DNA of 64,000 nucleotides from Phaeosaccion multiseriatum (lineage: Eukaryota > Protista > Ochrophyta, other classes), in NCBI GenBank assembly GCA_965112735.1, contig OZ218957.1:248001-312000 (forward strand). Reading direction: 5' to 3'. The position numbers and the translations under genes are program-made. Below are positions 1 to 11,210 of this stretch, one piece after another; positions within the stretch are counted from its first letter, which is position 1, and the number at the start of each line of letters is the position of its first letter. The notes under the pieces were generated by a model, which saw only the letters and a program-made list of their open reading frames with translations, was not told where the DNA came from and did no database searches.

Positions 1-2008
1 CCCTCCTCCCCCCCCCCTCTGACATCAGCGTGGCCATTGCCCCCGCCGTTGGCATGGTCGTCTCTCTCGTCTCTCTCGTCTCTGTCGTCTCTGTCGTCGT
101 CGTCGTCACTGACAATCATGTCCTCTTCCGGGGGAGGGCGCGGCAGTGCGCTCCGGCGACTAGGGTCACGCACTCGGCCCTGACCCTGACCCTGACCCTG
201 AGTGGGCTTCATACGACGGATCCAGTCGGGTTGCAAGGAGGCATCGGTCCCTTTGCTGCCACTGTCCGAGCCAGTGGCAGCCTTGGCCTTGCGCATGGCG
301 GGTGGAAGGAAGCTGTCGGCCAGAGAGACATTGGACGACCCCGGTGGTGCTCTTCTCTTGGCCGGGCTGCTCCTCCCCTTCCCTTTGCCCTTTGCTTTGC
401 CCTTCGCCCCCCCTGGCCTTGTGCTGCTGTGGCTGCTGCTGCCACTGCTACTACCGCTCAAGCTCGCGAGACTCCTCTCCGCCAGCAGAACCCCTCCGCC
501 CTGCCCCGCCGAAGCTCGGGGCCTCTTCCTCCCTGGGCCCGCTTGCCGCTGCCGCTGCCCCTCGCCGGTCTGCACCGCCGGGCCTTGGTCGCTCCGCTTG
601 AGCCAGTGTTGCGGAAGCCCCCCCAGAAGCCCCTCTTTCTTGGTAAAGTTCTGCTTGCTCTTGTTGGGCCTTGCGCGCCCAACTTCTTGTCCCGACCGCT
701 GAGAGGAGCTGCTCGCTGACTGAGAGGGAGAGCCTTGAGAGACAGGGACAGCCGACGCCGCCCCCCAGTCGCCCCCAGTCTCAGTGTCCTGGGCCTCCCC
801 CTCCCCCAAGGAAGAAGACTGAGCCCCTGAGGAGATCCTTGGCGGAGTCCTTCCCCTTCCCGGTGCTGCTCTGTTTGCGCTCTTCTTGCCGCCCCCGGCA
901 GCAGCAGAAGCAGCAGTTGGTGATACAGCAGCAGCAGCAGCAGCAGCAGCCTTCCTCTTCGACCCACCCGACACGGCTGATCTCCCGCCCCCCCCTGCAG
1001 CTCCAAAGGCGGGCACATGGGCCTTGGCGGACGCTGATGAGGCCGGCGGCTGCGGTGACTCAGGAGGAGGAGAGCGAGGAGGGGAAGGGGGTCGCCAAGG
1101 AGGGGCAAGGGGAGGAGAAGGAGGCCGCCTCTCCTCGGCACGGCCCTCTCTACGAGACAAGAGGCCCTCCCTGGGAGAGAGGAGGGTGGGGCGGGTGAGG
1201 CGGGAAGTCAAAAGAGAGGATATTTGGGGGGGGGTGGTCAGGGCAAGGGAGAAGGAGGACAGGAGGAGGAAGATACGGGGCAGGCAACACTCATCCCTTC
1301 CGCTGCCTTGCAGTGCCATCCAGCTACCCCTGTGTCTCCGCGCGCTCACCTGCCGCTGACCTGGCGAGGGTCGAAAGCTGCCCCCCCCTGGGCTCCGGCC
1401 GCCGTATCACCAACTACGGCCCCTCCCGCAGAGGCAGGCGCGTGCTTGGTGCTGGGAGGGGCCTCTGCTGGGCTGTTGTTGGCTGCTGCGAGGCTCTGCC
1501 TGCCCCTGGCTCTTCCCCTCCCCCTCCCCCTCGTGTTTGTCAGCGTCCAAGTCGGGGTCTTGGGTGCAGCGACCTCCACACTTGCCTAAAGAGAAAGACC
1601 AAGAAAGAGAGGGCACAAGGAGGGTTAGTAGGCAGGTGATGCTCACTCGCGTGTGCCCGAGGAAAGGCACCTAAAAAAGTATACACTTGCCTTATTCTTC
1701 CTGTCACGGCGTTGCTGTTGCTGCTGCTCATCCTGCCGCTCCTCCTGCTGCTGCTCCTCCGCGGCGGCGTAGAAGGGGTCATATTGGTCTACGCTCGCCG
1801 CAAAGTAAACGTCATCATCCCATCCCTCGTCGTACGTGTGCTGCTGCTGCTGCGGCTGCGGTGGCTGCGGCGCGTGGTGGTCATTGTCGTACGAGGTGCC
1901 GTACCCATTCTCCTCGTGGTGCTGGTAGTGCGGAGAGTGGTGGCGGCGCCGCTGCTCTCGATGCTCTCGCGGCCTGTGCCTCCCCTGGACCCTCCTGCTA
2001 GGGTCCAT
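1..2008 (-). CDS. 5' part of an unknown low-complexity protein gene (exons 2008-1691, 1585-1350, 1170-<1); continues beyond the left edge
   Basis: ATG at 2008 (MDPSRRVQG...). The GC-AG intron 1690-1586 (phase 0) and GT-AG intron 1349-1171 (phase 2) join open frames. The third exon stays open to position 1 (...PEEDMIVSDDDDDRDD...). No recognisable domain in this part. Confidence 0.6.
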
Positions 2009-2555
2009 CGCAGTAGCAGCAGCAGCCCTCACTGGGCAGCTCCGCCACTCCAGGAAGCACTAGGGGGAAACACTACAGCTGGAAGCCCCCGCCCGGCCAA
2101 CTCCGTCAAGCTCAGCTCCGTCGACTTTTCCCCTCTGCACACGTCTGAGTATATCTCTGTCCGACGGTTTTCCCTCCCTCCAATCCCCACTCGAGATGCT
2201 TTCTTCATTTGGGCGCGCTGATCCAGAAAGGCAAAGCGTTCCCGCCGAGACGGGGTGGGGCACAAGATACCTTCGTGATGCTCAAAAGACGCAAAACCTT
2301 CTTTCCCCCTATCATCATTCAAAATCTAGTCATACCCCGTCCTTCTGATGTGCTTGAGAAGTCCAGAGAGGGAGAGAGAGAGAGAGAGAGGGGGAGAGAG
2401 TGAGGATTCTCCAATTTCCAGTTTCCAATTTCCAAACATAGTATCCTTTAACAATCCAGCCGTGCCATCGTCCTGGCCACGCCGCGATCCGCCGCGGCCG
2501 CGATCTTTGGCGAAGCATCGCAGCTCAGCCCCGCCCCCAAGGGTATCCGAGTATT

Positions 2556-3540
2556 ATGGGCCGCCTGCGCGGCCTTCGAGTGCTGGGTCTCGTGTTTGCT
2601 TGCTTGAGTGCACTTCGCTGCACATCGGACGCTCTCGTCCTCCCCCAACCCCTGTCTTCAACGACGCAACGGAGCAGCAGCAGCAGCCGCAGCAGCCGTC
2701 CCGGACGGAGCCAGTCAACATCAGCGTGGGTTCTTCCCAGAGGTTCTGGCGCCGGCTGGGGCAGCAGCAGCAGCAGTAGTAGTAGGGCGGGAAACCCGCT
2801 TCTGACCATTTCCTCGCCATTCTCAAGAGAGTCGGCGGATGTAGCACCAGCGCCAGCAGCAGCAGCAGCAGCGCAGCGAAGGCGATGGAGTCACGTAAGA
2901 CTGGCAGGCTCACCCTTTGGTAGGGGTCAGCAGGGACGCTCTCCGCTTGGAGGGGGCCGAAGTCCCAATATCTTTCCTTTGGTCTTTTTGGGACTCTTGC
3001 TCTTCGCGCCGAGAGCTCTGGGGACAGTCATCAACACGCTCTTCCTGGGGGCGATTGTGGTACCATTGGCCCTTTTCCTGGGCTTTTCCGTCTGGACGAA
3101 GGTCAACGTCGTTGAATGTAAGTACAGATGTGGTTGAGGTATTTGTGCTTCCCAAAAGTTTTAATCAAGTCGCCATGACCTGACCCACCAACCCCTCCTG
3201 GCAACTCCCGTCTGCTGTGAACCGAATGCTCTTCGTGGCTCTCTCTCATCACTCCACCCTTTGTCCTTGCCATCCCCTCCCTCTTGTCCTCTTGGTCCCT
3301 CTCGCTGCTGCCCATGCACTCCACTCCCAACCTCGGGCGGCAGCTCCTTGCCCCCAGTGCAACTCGCCTCTGCAGGGGCTGAAGGGACAGCAGAGCCAGT
3401 GCCCCAGCTGTGGCTGCAGGGTGGAGGCGATGGGCGGCAAGGGGGGCTTCAAGTCGCTGGATCCCGTCGTCATTAGGAACGAACAGACAGGGGAGAGGGG
3501 GAATTTCATTCCGGATGATGATGGCATCATTGACGTGTGA
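2556..3540 (+). CDS. Putative plastid-targeted membrane protein with C-terminal CPxC...CPxC zinc ribbon (exons 2556-3117, 3344-3540)
   Basis: Signal peptide (LRVLGLVFACLSALRCTSDA-L), then a Ser/Arg-rich transit-like region, two hydrophobic helices, GTAAGT donor at 3118 and CAG acceptor at 3343. The splice gives ...NVVESPCPQCNSPLQGLKGQQSQCPSCG...IIDV*. The TM + CPxC/CPxC + terminal IDV layout resembles a conserved cyanobacterial/plastid family (recalled, not searched). Confidence 0.7.
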
Positions 3541-4022
3541 GGAGGGCAGGAAGGAGGAATAGAGGAGCGGGTGGTCCCGAGGGAGGTGTATAGAGGAATG
3601 GGCGCTCCAGGGGAGGTCGCCCTGAGTGTGGCCGGCCTCTGGCTGCTGGAGAGCCACACAGGTGTAGTTGCTGCTTGGAGCGGCGGGTCGAAGGGATGCT
3701 CCGCTGCAATGATCTTGCATCAAAGCGGGGGGGGCTTGTGCGTGAGATGGGATGGGCATGTGGGCTCCATTCGATCTGTATTTACATCGGCACGAGCGCC
3801 GCAGGGGTGAGAGGGGGCCCTGTCATGGGGAATAAAGGAACTTCGATCATAATCTTTTTTTTCTTTCTCGTTCTTGTCCCTACTTGAGCATCCCTCTCCT
3901 CCTCAGTCCTGGCAGTGGCAGGGGTGTCCATTGGTGTGCATCCACTTCATCCGTCTCCTCGGTTCCCCAATATATGTATATATGTCAGCCCCATGCATGC
4001 CTAGCGGTTTTGCTCTAGGCCG

Positions 4023-4218
4023 CTAGGCCGCTCACTTTTCAGTCCTAGGCGGCCTCTAGCCCGCCTCTAGGCAGCCTCCCAGTGACCGTGGGCGCGTGCG
4101 TGGTGCCGCCCAGCCAGTGGGTAGCAGCACACCTGTAGTTAGGCCTGCACTCCTCGTAGGGCCAGCGGGGCGGAAAGAGACAACACGAACCAAGTCTACT
4201 CCTCACTTCCAATCCCAT
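4023..4218 (+). repeat. Interspersed ~200-bp CTAG-rich repeat, copy 1 (inverted copy at 59243-59451)
   Basis: Aligns by eye with the reverse complement of 59243-59451, sharing blocks such as ccgcccagccagtgggtagcagcacacctgtag and ggcggaaagagacaac. Confidence 0.85.
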
Positions 4219-4887
4219 GCAATACATCTGCTTAAAACTGACTACTCTTTGCGGTTGGGCACTCCCACCGTCTGGATAGTTGCCAGGCCGCGGCCGGACT
4301 TGCGCTTGGTTTCCGCTCTGGCGCTTTCAAACATGTGTAACGGCACAACCAACGGATGATGACACGTCTCTATAGAACTGGCTCCACAGACACACTTCCA
4401 GAGCAGCCCCGCTGGTGCAAAGACGACGCGGAGGATCCTGAAGCAACAAGAGGGCAAAGCAGCGCCTAAGCTGTGTGTGAAAGAAGAGTGGAGCCACGGC
4501 GAAGGGCTTGACCCCCCCAACTCCTTCTATTATTATTCTTCCGTGGAGGATCCTGAAATCAACAAACGACCACTTCAGCAGGCAGCAGCAGCAGCGCCTA
4601 CGCTGGTGTGAAGACAATAGGGGGAGGATCCTGCAGCATTAAGGGCGGCAAGGGTAAAAGGAGCCGCGCCTAAGCAGCGTGAGAAAGAACATCGGGGAGA
4701 AAGCCTCCCGAGACCCCCCACACACCATTTCTGTTCTCCTGGGGAGGATCGTGAATCAGCGAAGAGGGAGCTACTGTGGCGTGGCTGCGGCAGTAGCAGC
4801 GTATAACAAGCGGCCCAGCGGCCCCGTCCGCAGAAGCCAGGCAGCAGCACCGTCCCAAAAAGTAAAATCTGTTCCGTGAAGGACCGA

Positions 4888-5904
4888 ATGTCTCCTCAGC
4901 CTCCTCTGCTGCTGGGCCTGGTGCTGCTGCTTCTCTTCTTCGCCAACGCCAACGCGTGGAAGTGGTGCGTCGCGGAGCGAATTCAGGACCTGCAGCGCAC
5001 CGAGGAGTTCGCAGGTCGCCTTGACGCCATTTCTGCGGCCGTGGAGGGAGTGGACGGGCTCAGGGGGTTGCTCGACTATGGATACCAGGAGGTGAGCAAA
5101 GGATAACCTTCGGCAGCAGCAGGAGAGACGCGTGTGACACCATGTATCGCCTGACCTGAGCTGAGCCAAGCTGACCATCGCTCCAGCTTACCCACGTATC
5201 CTCCTCCTCCTCCTCCTCCTCCTCCTCCTCCTCCTCCTCCTCCTCCTCCTCCTCCTCCTCCTCCTCCTCCTCCTCCTCCTCCTCCTCCTCCTCCTCCTCC
5301 TCCTCCTCCTCCTCCTCCTCCTCCTCCTCCTCCTCCTCAGATGACCTTCCTGCTCCCCACGGACGCCGCCTTCGCCGAGCTCGGGCTCTGCGCCCCCTCC
5401 GAGACGTCTTCTGTGTGCAGCGACATCACCGCCTCCAACGCGTCATACCTTCGCCTCATCTTGCACTACCACATAGTTAAGGGGGTGCACCTGAAACAAT
5501 CCATGCTCGGTAGGGAGATGAGCACTGCCAAGGGGGGGAGGGGAGGCGATTTGTTCAGCGTGGATGAGAATGGGGTTATCCAAGACGCCATCGGAACCTC
5601 TGCGCACTTCCTCCGCTTCGACGTCCCTGTGTGTGGCGGTCGAGGGCTTGTTCACGTGGTGGACAAGGTGCTGCTGGGGCCGAGTGTGTTCGAGCCGTTG
5701 CCAGGCATTGGCCCACTGGTGCTTGGTCCTCTGCCCGCCCCGACATGGCGGCTGTTTGGAGGCGGTAGTAATAGTAATAGCCTGAGGAGGCGGCTCTTGC
5801 CGGATGCGCACAAAGAGACACACACAGAGACGGACACAGACGCTCCCCCCCCCACACCCTCCATGGAGGAGGAGGAGGAGGAGGAGGAGGAGGAGGAGCA
5901 GTAG
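4888..5904 (+). CDS. Secreted fasciclin (FAS1) domain protein (exons 4888-5091, 5341-5904)
   Basis: Signal peptide MSPQPPLLLGLVLLLLFFANANA. Phase-0 GT-AG intron 5092-5340. FAS1 motifs H1 TFLLPTDAAF, central LHYHIV, H2 GLVHVVDKVLL. Acidic poly-E tail. Confidence 0.88.
5199..5338 (+). repeat. (CCT)n microsatellite forming the pyrimidine tract of the FAS1 intron
   Basis: Pure CCT run ending directly at the AG acceptor (5339-5340). Confidence 0.95.
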
Positions 5905-7220
5905 GGGAAGGAGGAGGGTTCCTTCTGCTGGATGAACTCCGAAGGAGCAGCGGCAGCCATAGACAGGGCATTCTTTACAAGGGCTCCGCTGCAATTTTGC
6001 ACGGGGGTTGGCACACTCGCAAGAAATGAGACGCGCGCAGCGGCAAAGGCAAAGGCAAGGCAAGGCAAGGCAAGGAAAGGGAAGGGAAGGGAAGGCGGCC
6101 CAATCTTGGCAGCACAACGGTGCGTCGGCTTAGCAGCGCCGTAAGTGACGGGAGCGTGTGAATGCGTGAGTGGGGGGGGGATGGGGTGAGTAAGGGCATG
6201 TGTGAGTGCGTGTGTGAGTGAGAATGAGTGGGTGCGTGCGAGTACGTGACTCTCAGGGCGAGTGACTCCGTGGGGACGAGTTTGTGCGTTCTGTGAGTGC
6301 GAGAGAGTTTTGCGTGAGTGGCGGTTGAAAGCGTGTGTGCGTGCGTGTGTGAGGGGATGAATGAGTGAGTGGGTGGGTGAGTGGGCACATGTGTCTGATG
6401 GCGTGTATTTGAGAGCGTAACTGCGTGAGTGAGTGCGTATGAGTGAGTGAGTGAGTGAGTGAGTGAGTGAGTGAGTGAGTGAGTGAGTAAGTGTATGTTG
6501 AGTGAGTGATTATTGGGTGTCCGGGTCGGGCCGACTGTAGATGGGAGTACAGCACAAGGACTGTAGATGGCAGTAGAGGGGAGTAGATGGGAGTAGAAAG
6601 GAGTACAAGGGAGGGCTGCTGCATCTTGGGCGCGGAGGAGGAACAGCAAGCTCTACCCATACGACTATGCATGAAGCGTGAGGGCGTGCGTTAGCGTTTA
6701 CCGCAGTGCTCTGCCGATGCTCCTGCTCCTGCCCGGATAAGGCAATTTTGATCTTCGCTGCCAAGGGAGGTACCGACGGGGGACGGACCATATGATGACA
6801 ACATGATGGGAGGAAGAGGAGACGCAATTTTGAGAGTCTAGCAGGGTACGCACGGTTACGATCAATGACTTCGAAACACAGAGCAAGTGTACCAAGGACA
6901 TGAAGGTACACCAAAGGAGTGAGGCGAAGGGCTGAGCCCATGTAGGATCAAACTACGATGAGAAGGTGAGCTTCAAAGAGACAGATAGGCAGACATAGAG
7001 AGAGAGAGGCAGGCAGGCAGACAGACAGGCAGGTAGACAGGCAGACGGAGAGAGAGGGTTTAAAATTACAATGCACAGTGAATGTACGTACGTAAATAAA
7101 GTATTCTTCCCTAGGGTGAGGGCGCTTCTCTTTGGCCCCTATATATACATGTATATGATCAAGACGAGGGTCCGAGGGCGGTCACCAGGCTGTAAGGCTG
7201 TAACTGTACGCCACAGCCCC

Positions 7221-7331
7221 TGCTTGCCTCATCCTCTGCTTGCCTCATCCTCTGTTTGCCTCATCCTCTGCTTGCCTCATCCTCTGCTTGCCTCATCCTC
7301 TGCTTGCCTCCTCCTCTGCTTGCCTCATCAT
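7221..7331 (+). repeat. 16-bp minisatellite (TGCTTGCCTCATCCTC) x~7
   Basis: Read directly; lies downstream of the THADA stop. A 9-bp (GGTAGCAAG)n run follows at 7441-7490. Confidence 0.9.
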
Positions 7332-7524
7332 GACACCCCAAGGGCAGCGCGAACGAAGCCCAAGCACCCCTCCCCCCGTGACAAAGTCCGTACACACACT
7401 GCCCCCAAGAGTCGACGCGAGGCTCACTGAGTCACTGCATGGTAGCAAGGGTAGCAAGGGTAGCAAGGGTAGCAAGGGCAGCAAAGGGTAACCGCCATAC
7501 CTCTCCCCTTCTGTCTATCCTCCT

Positions 7525-10500
7525 CTACTGAGTCCCCACGAAGAGCCAAGAGGGGAGGGGTGGGGGCTCCAGCCACGCCCTTGGCTCGAGCACTGTGCCT
7601 GCCCCCCCCTCCTCCTCCCCCTCCCCCTCCCTCTGCACCTGCCCCTGCCCTAAGCAGCGCGCCAAGCTGCCGCGGAGGTGCCCCAAAAGCGCCGCCAGCA
7701 TGGGGTGGGGGGGCTGCTGCTGTATCACCAACTGCTGCTCTGCGCCTTCCTCTCTCGCTCCCTTTAATGCCGCCCCTCCCTCCCCTCCCTCCTCGCCCAG
7801 CAGCCCCTGCAAACCTCGCAGAGTCTCAATATCATCCCCATCACCACCTCCCCGGCTCAGTGCCCCGCCTGCCACTACTGCGGCGGCGGTCACCAGGAGG
7901 CTGTAGAGCGAGGGGAACACCAAAGGGTCACAGCATTCATCTAAACGATCCTTCACCCCGCCCTCGCCACCATTTCCCTGTCCATATGCCTGCCCATATG
8001 CCTGCCCCAGGCCCTTCCCGAGCCGTTGCAGGACCTGAGACGCCGCGAGTAGCGTCCGCCTCGCCAGGCTAAGCACCTCCTCCTCCTGCTCTTGGGGCTG
8101 GCCTTGCCCCTGATGCCCAACCTGGAGCAGCAGCGGCAGCAGAGCCCGCGCCATGAGTAGGCTGGCGACGGCCCTCTCTGCGTGAAGATTCAACGTGTCC
8201 ACCTCGAACACCTCCCCTCCCTCCTCTCCCCCTCCCTCAGTAGCCCTACTGCCCCCCCCACCGGGAGCACCCCACGAGCACGCCCCCCTGGGCATGTGCA
8301 GCAGACTGGCAAGGTCTCCCCAGTTGCTGTGCAGCAGCCCGAGCAGCCGTACGCACAGCGCCCCTGCGGGCAAGCGTCCCTCCTCCGCCTCCTTCACAAG
8401 GTGCAGGAACACGCGTTCCAAGGCCTGATGAGTCGTCGGCACCAGCATCACCTCAGAGCATGATGATGATGATGAAGGTAGGGCCTTGAAGGCCTCCTCC
8501 TCACACGGAGACGAGGAAGAGCCTCCTTCTCTCTCTGACGAGCTTCTCTCTCTCTCAGAGGAAGGGCTGTGGGGCGGTGTGGGAGCGGCCGAGGAGAAGG
8601 GGCGACGCGCGAGGAAAGAGACTCCACAGAGCACTTTGCTACGGACCTGCTCACTATCGTCTTGCAGTAGCGTGCACGCACACACCCACAGCCGCACACC
8701 TGCGTGCCTGTGACCCTTCAGGCCAGGAACAGTTGGTGATACACCAGCGGTGGCCTTGGCATGGGCATTGGCACTGCATGGGTCAGGGCCCAAGAGGCGG
8801 CCCGACGCCACGATGGAGGCCGCAGCCGCGAGTCTGAGGCCTTCCTCCGGACTGTCCAGTGCCCGCTCCACCTGCACCAACCAAGCCTCCTCCAGCGCAT
8901 CACCAGCTGCTGTATCACCAACTGCTGCATCTGCTGCCGCAACGCGAGGAGAGCCCTGCTGGCTTTGGCGCAGCCTGAAGCCCACGGCCTCGAGCGCGAG
9001 TGCCGCCTCCATACCGTCTCCCATGTGACTCGCCAGGCGAAGCAGCTCTGAAGCTACTCCGTCTCCGTCTCCATCTCCATCTCTATCTCCATCTCCCGCC
9101 CCTTCTCCCCCACTGTAGCTGCCCGTGCCCATATGACTGTCCGCTCTGTACACAACGCAAAGGAGCCGCAGTGGCTGTCGTAGCGCCACCCCGCCGCCAT
9201 TGCCGCTGGCGTGAGGCTGCGCGGCACTGCCCCGTGCATTCTCAAGGAGCAGCCCTTCCATGGCCCCTCCCACGAGCCGCAGCACGCCCTGCCCATATGC
9301 CTGCCCCTGCTCGCTCCACTCCTCCAGAGTGTCTGCGAGAGCCGCCAGCACCGCGGCGGGGATGGGATCACAGTCAGTCATACTGGCATGGCCAGTCGTA
9401 TGGGCAGAGGCGGAGTGGAGAGGCTCAGGGGGCGGGCGCAGGAGCGACAGCAACCCCTCGAGTTGGGCCTCAAGGTACCCACTTTCGTCCCCCTCCTCGC
9501 CGGCCTGCAGGCAGTCCTCCATCAGCTGGCGAGCGGCCCACCCCACGGCCTTGCGAGTCAGCAGCGTCTGCCCAGGCACCGAATCACCAACTGCTGCACC
9601 CCCGGCCCTGCCCCTGGCAATGGCGATGGCGTGGTCTGCATTGTCTAAGATGAGATGTCTGCCCCGCGTGTACAGCTCCGAGGCAGCGTCCCTCCCGCCG
9701 CCCTCCTCCCCGCCCTCCTGCAGTTTGAGTTTCACAGTGTCTGCACTCATCTCTCTCACGAGCTCCAGCAAGGCGAGGCGCACAGGCGGGCAGCGCGAGA
9801 GCAAAGGGTTACCGAGCCACAGCCGGTCAAGAAGCAGTGTCAGGACAGAGTCCTTCGTCGGTGTCACAGAGGCAGAGGCAGTAGATGGTGTCAGGACAGA
9901 GCTCCAGTCGAGGCCGTGCCCCTGCCCGCAGCGTGCCAGCTGCAGCGCGCAAAGCAGAGTGCCGTGCAGCGAGTTCGAATCTGGTAATGTCGAGGAGGAT
10001 GTCGACATTGTGTGACTGTCGGGCAGGGACTGCAGGAGGTGTGCCATGGTGGCAGGGAAGTTGTGCATAGGCACCAACGCGGCCAGGGTGCGAGCCGCCA
10101 CGCTGCGTACATAGTAGTGCCGGGAGCCCCGGCAGCGGAGCACGAGAGGGAGGAACGACAGCCCGCCCCCCACCTCAGGCACAGGCCCCTCACTCTGCCC
10201 CTGCCCCTGCCCCTGCCCATAGGATTGCCCTTGCCCATAGGACTGTCCCTGCGCCTCCGCCTCGCCCGCAACGGAGGCTCTGAGGCGGCTGAGGAGGAGC
10301 AGCACGGGGTGGAGCATGGGGTGCAGCTTGGGGGGGGCTGCCCCTCCCACCTCAACGCCTCCGTTGCCCCCACCGTTACCCCCGGCCTTCACGTCGTTAA
10401 CGTTATCATCCCCGCACACGTCCTTCACGGCCCTCTCGAGGCTTCTCAGCAAGAAGGGGTGCAGCTCCGGATACCACGCAAAGAACACATCCGCCGTCGG

Positions 10501-11170
10501 AGCACAGTCATCTCTGACACCAGGTCGCACTACCCCCCCGCTCCTTGCGGTCTTGGACCCCCCCTGGCTGCCGGCCCCGTCGCGATTCGTCTCGTTGGCG
10601 ACGATTCGCTTGATGAGGGCTGAGTACACCAACACGCTGCTGTTGCGCACGGCCCAGGAGGGGTCCTCGAAGCCCGCCATGCACGTCACCACGGCGCGGC
10701 TTACGTACGGCCCGATGCAACACGCCAGCGCGGAGTCCGAAAACACGAGCCGCAGAGTGTTGAGCGCGTGCACTCGGGAGCGGTTCTTGCTGGTGCTCTT
10801 GGTACTGGTGTTGGTGCTCTTGGTACTGGTGTTGGTGCTGTTGGTGTTGCTAGGAACACCTGAGCACCCTCCACCTCCATCTGAGGAGGAGCAGCCAGTC
10901 GAAGAAACTGAAGCTGCAAGTGGGGCCTCGGTCACAGGTGGCGACGCCCAGAGGAGCAGACTATCCATGGCGGTGGTGAGTAAGTCCCCCCCTTCCCTCT
11001 TCTGCTCCTTGGGCCTCGTCTTGAGGAGGGCTAAGAAGGCCGCTGCCAGACCGGAGCTGCGCCGGAGGACGAACTGAACATTCATTGTACGCACGCGCGC
11101 CACCCCCCCCCACACACACAAAGAGGAGGTAGCGACAGAAGCAGATACACACACGTAAGCAAGCACGCAC

Positions 11171-11210
<40 letters not shown>

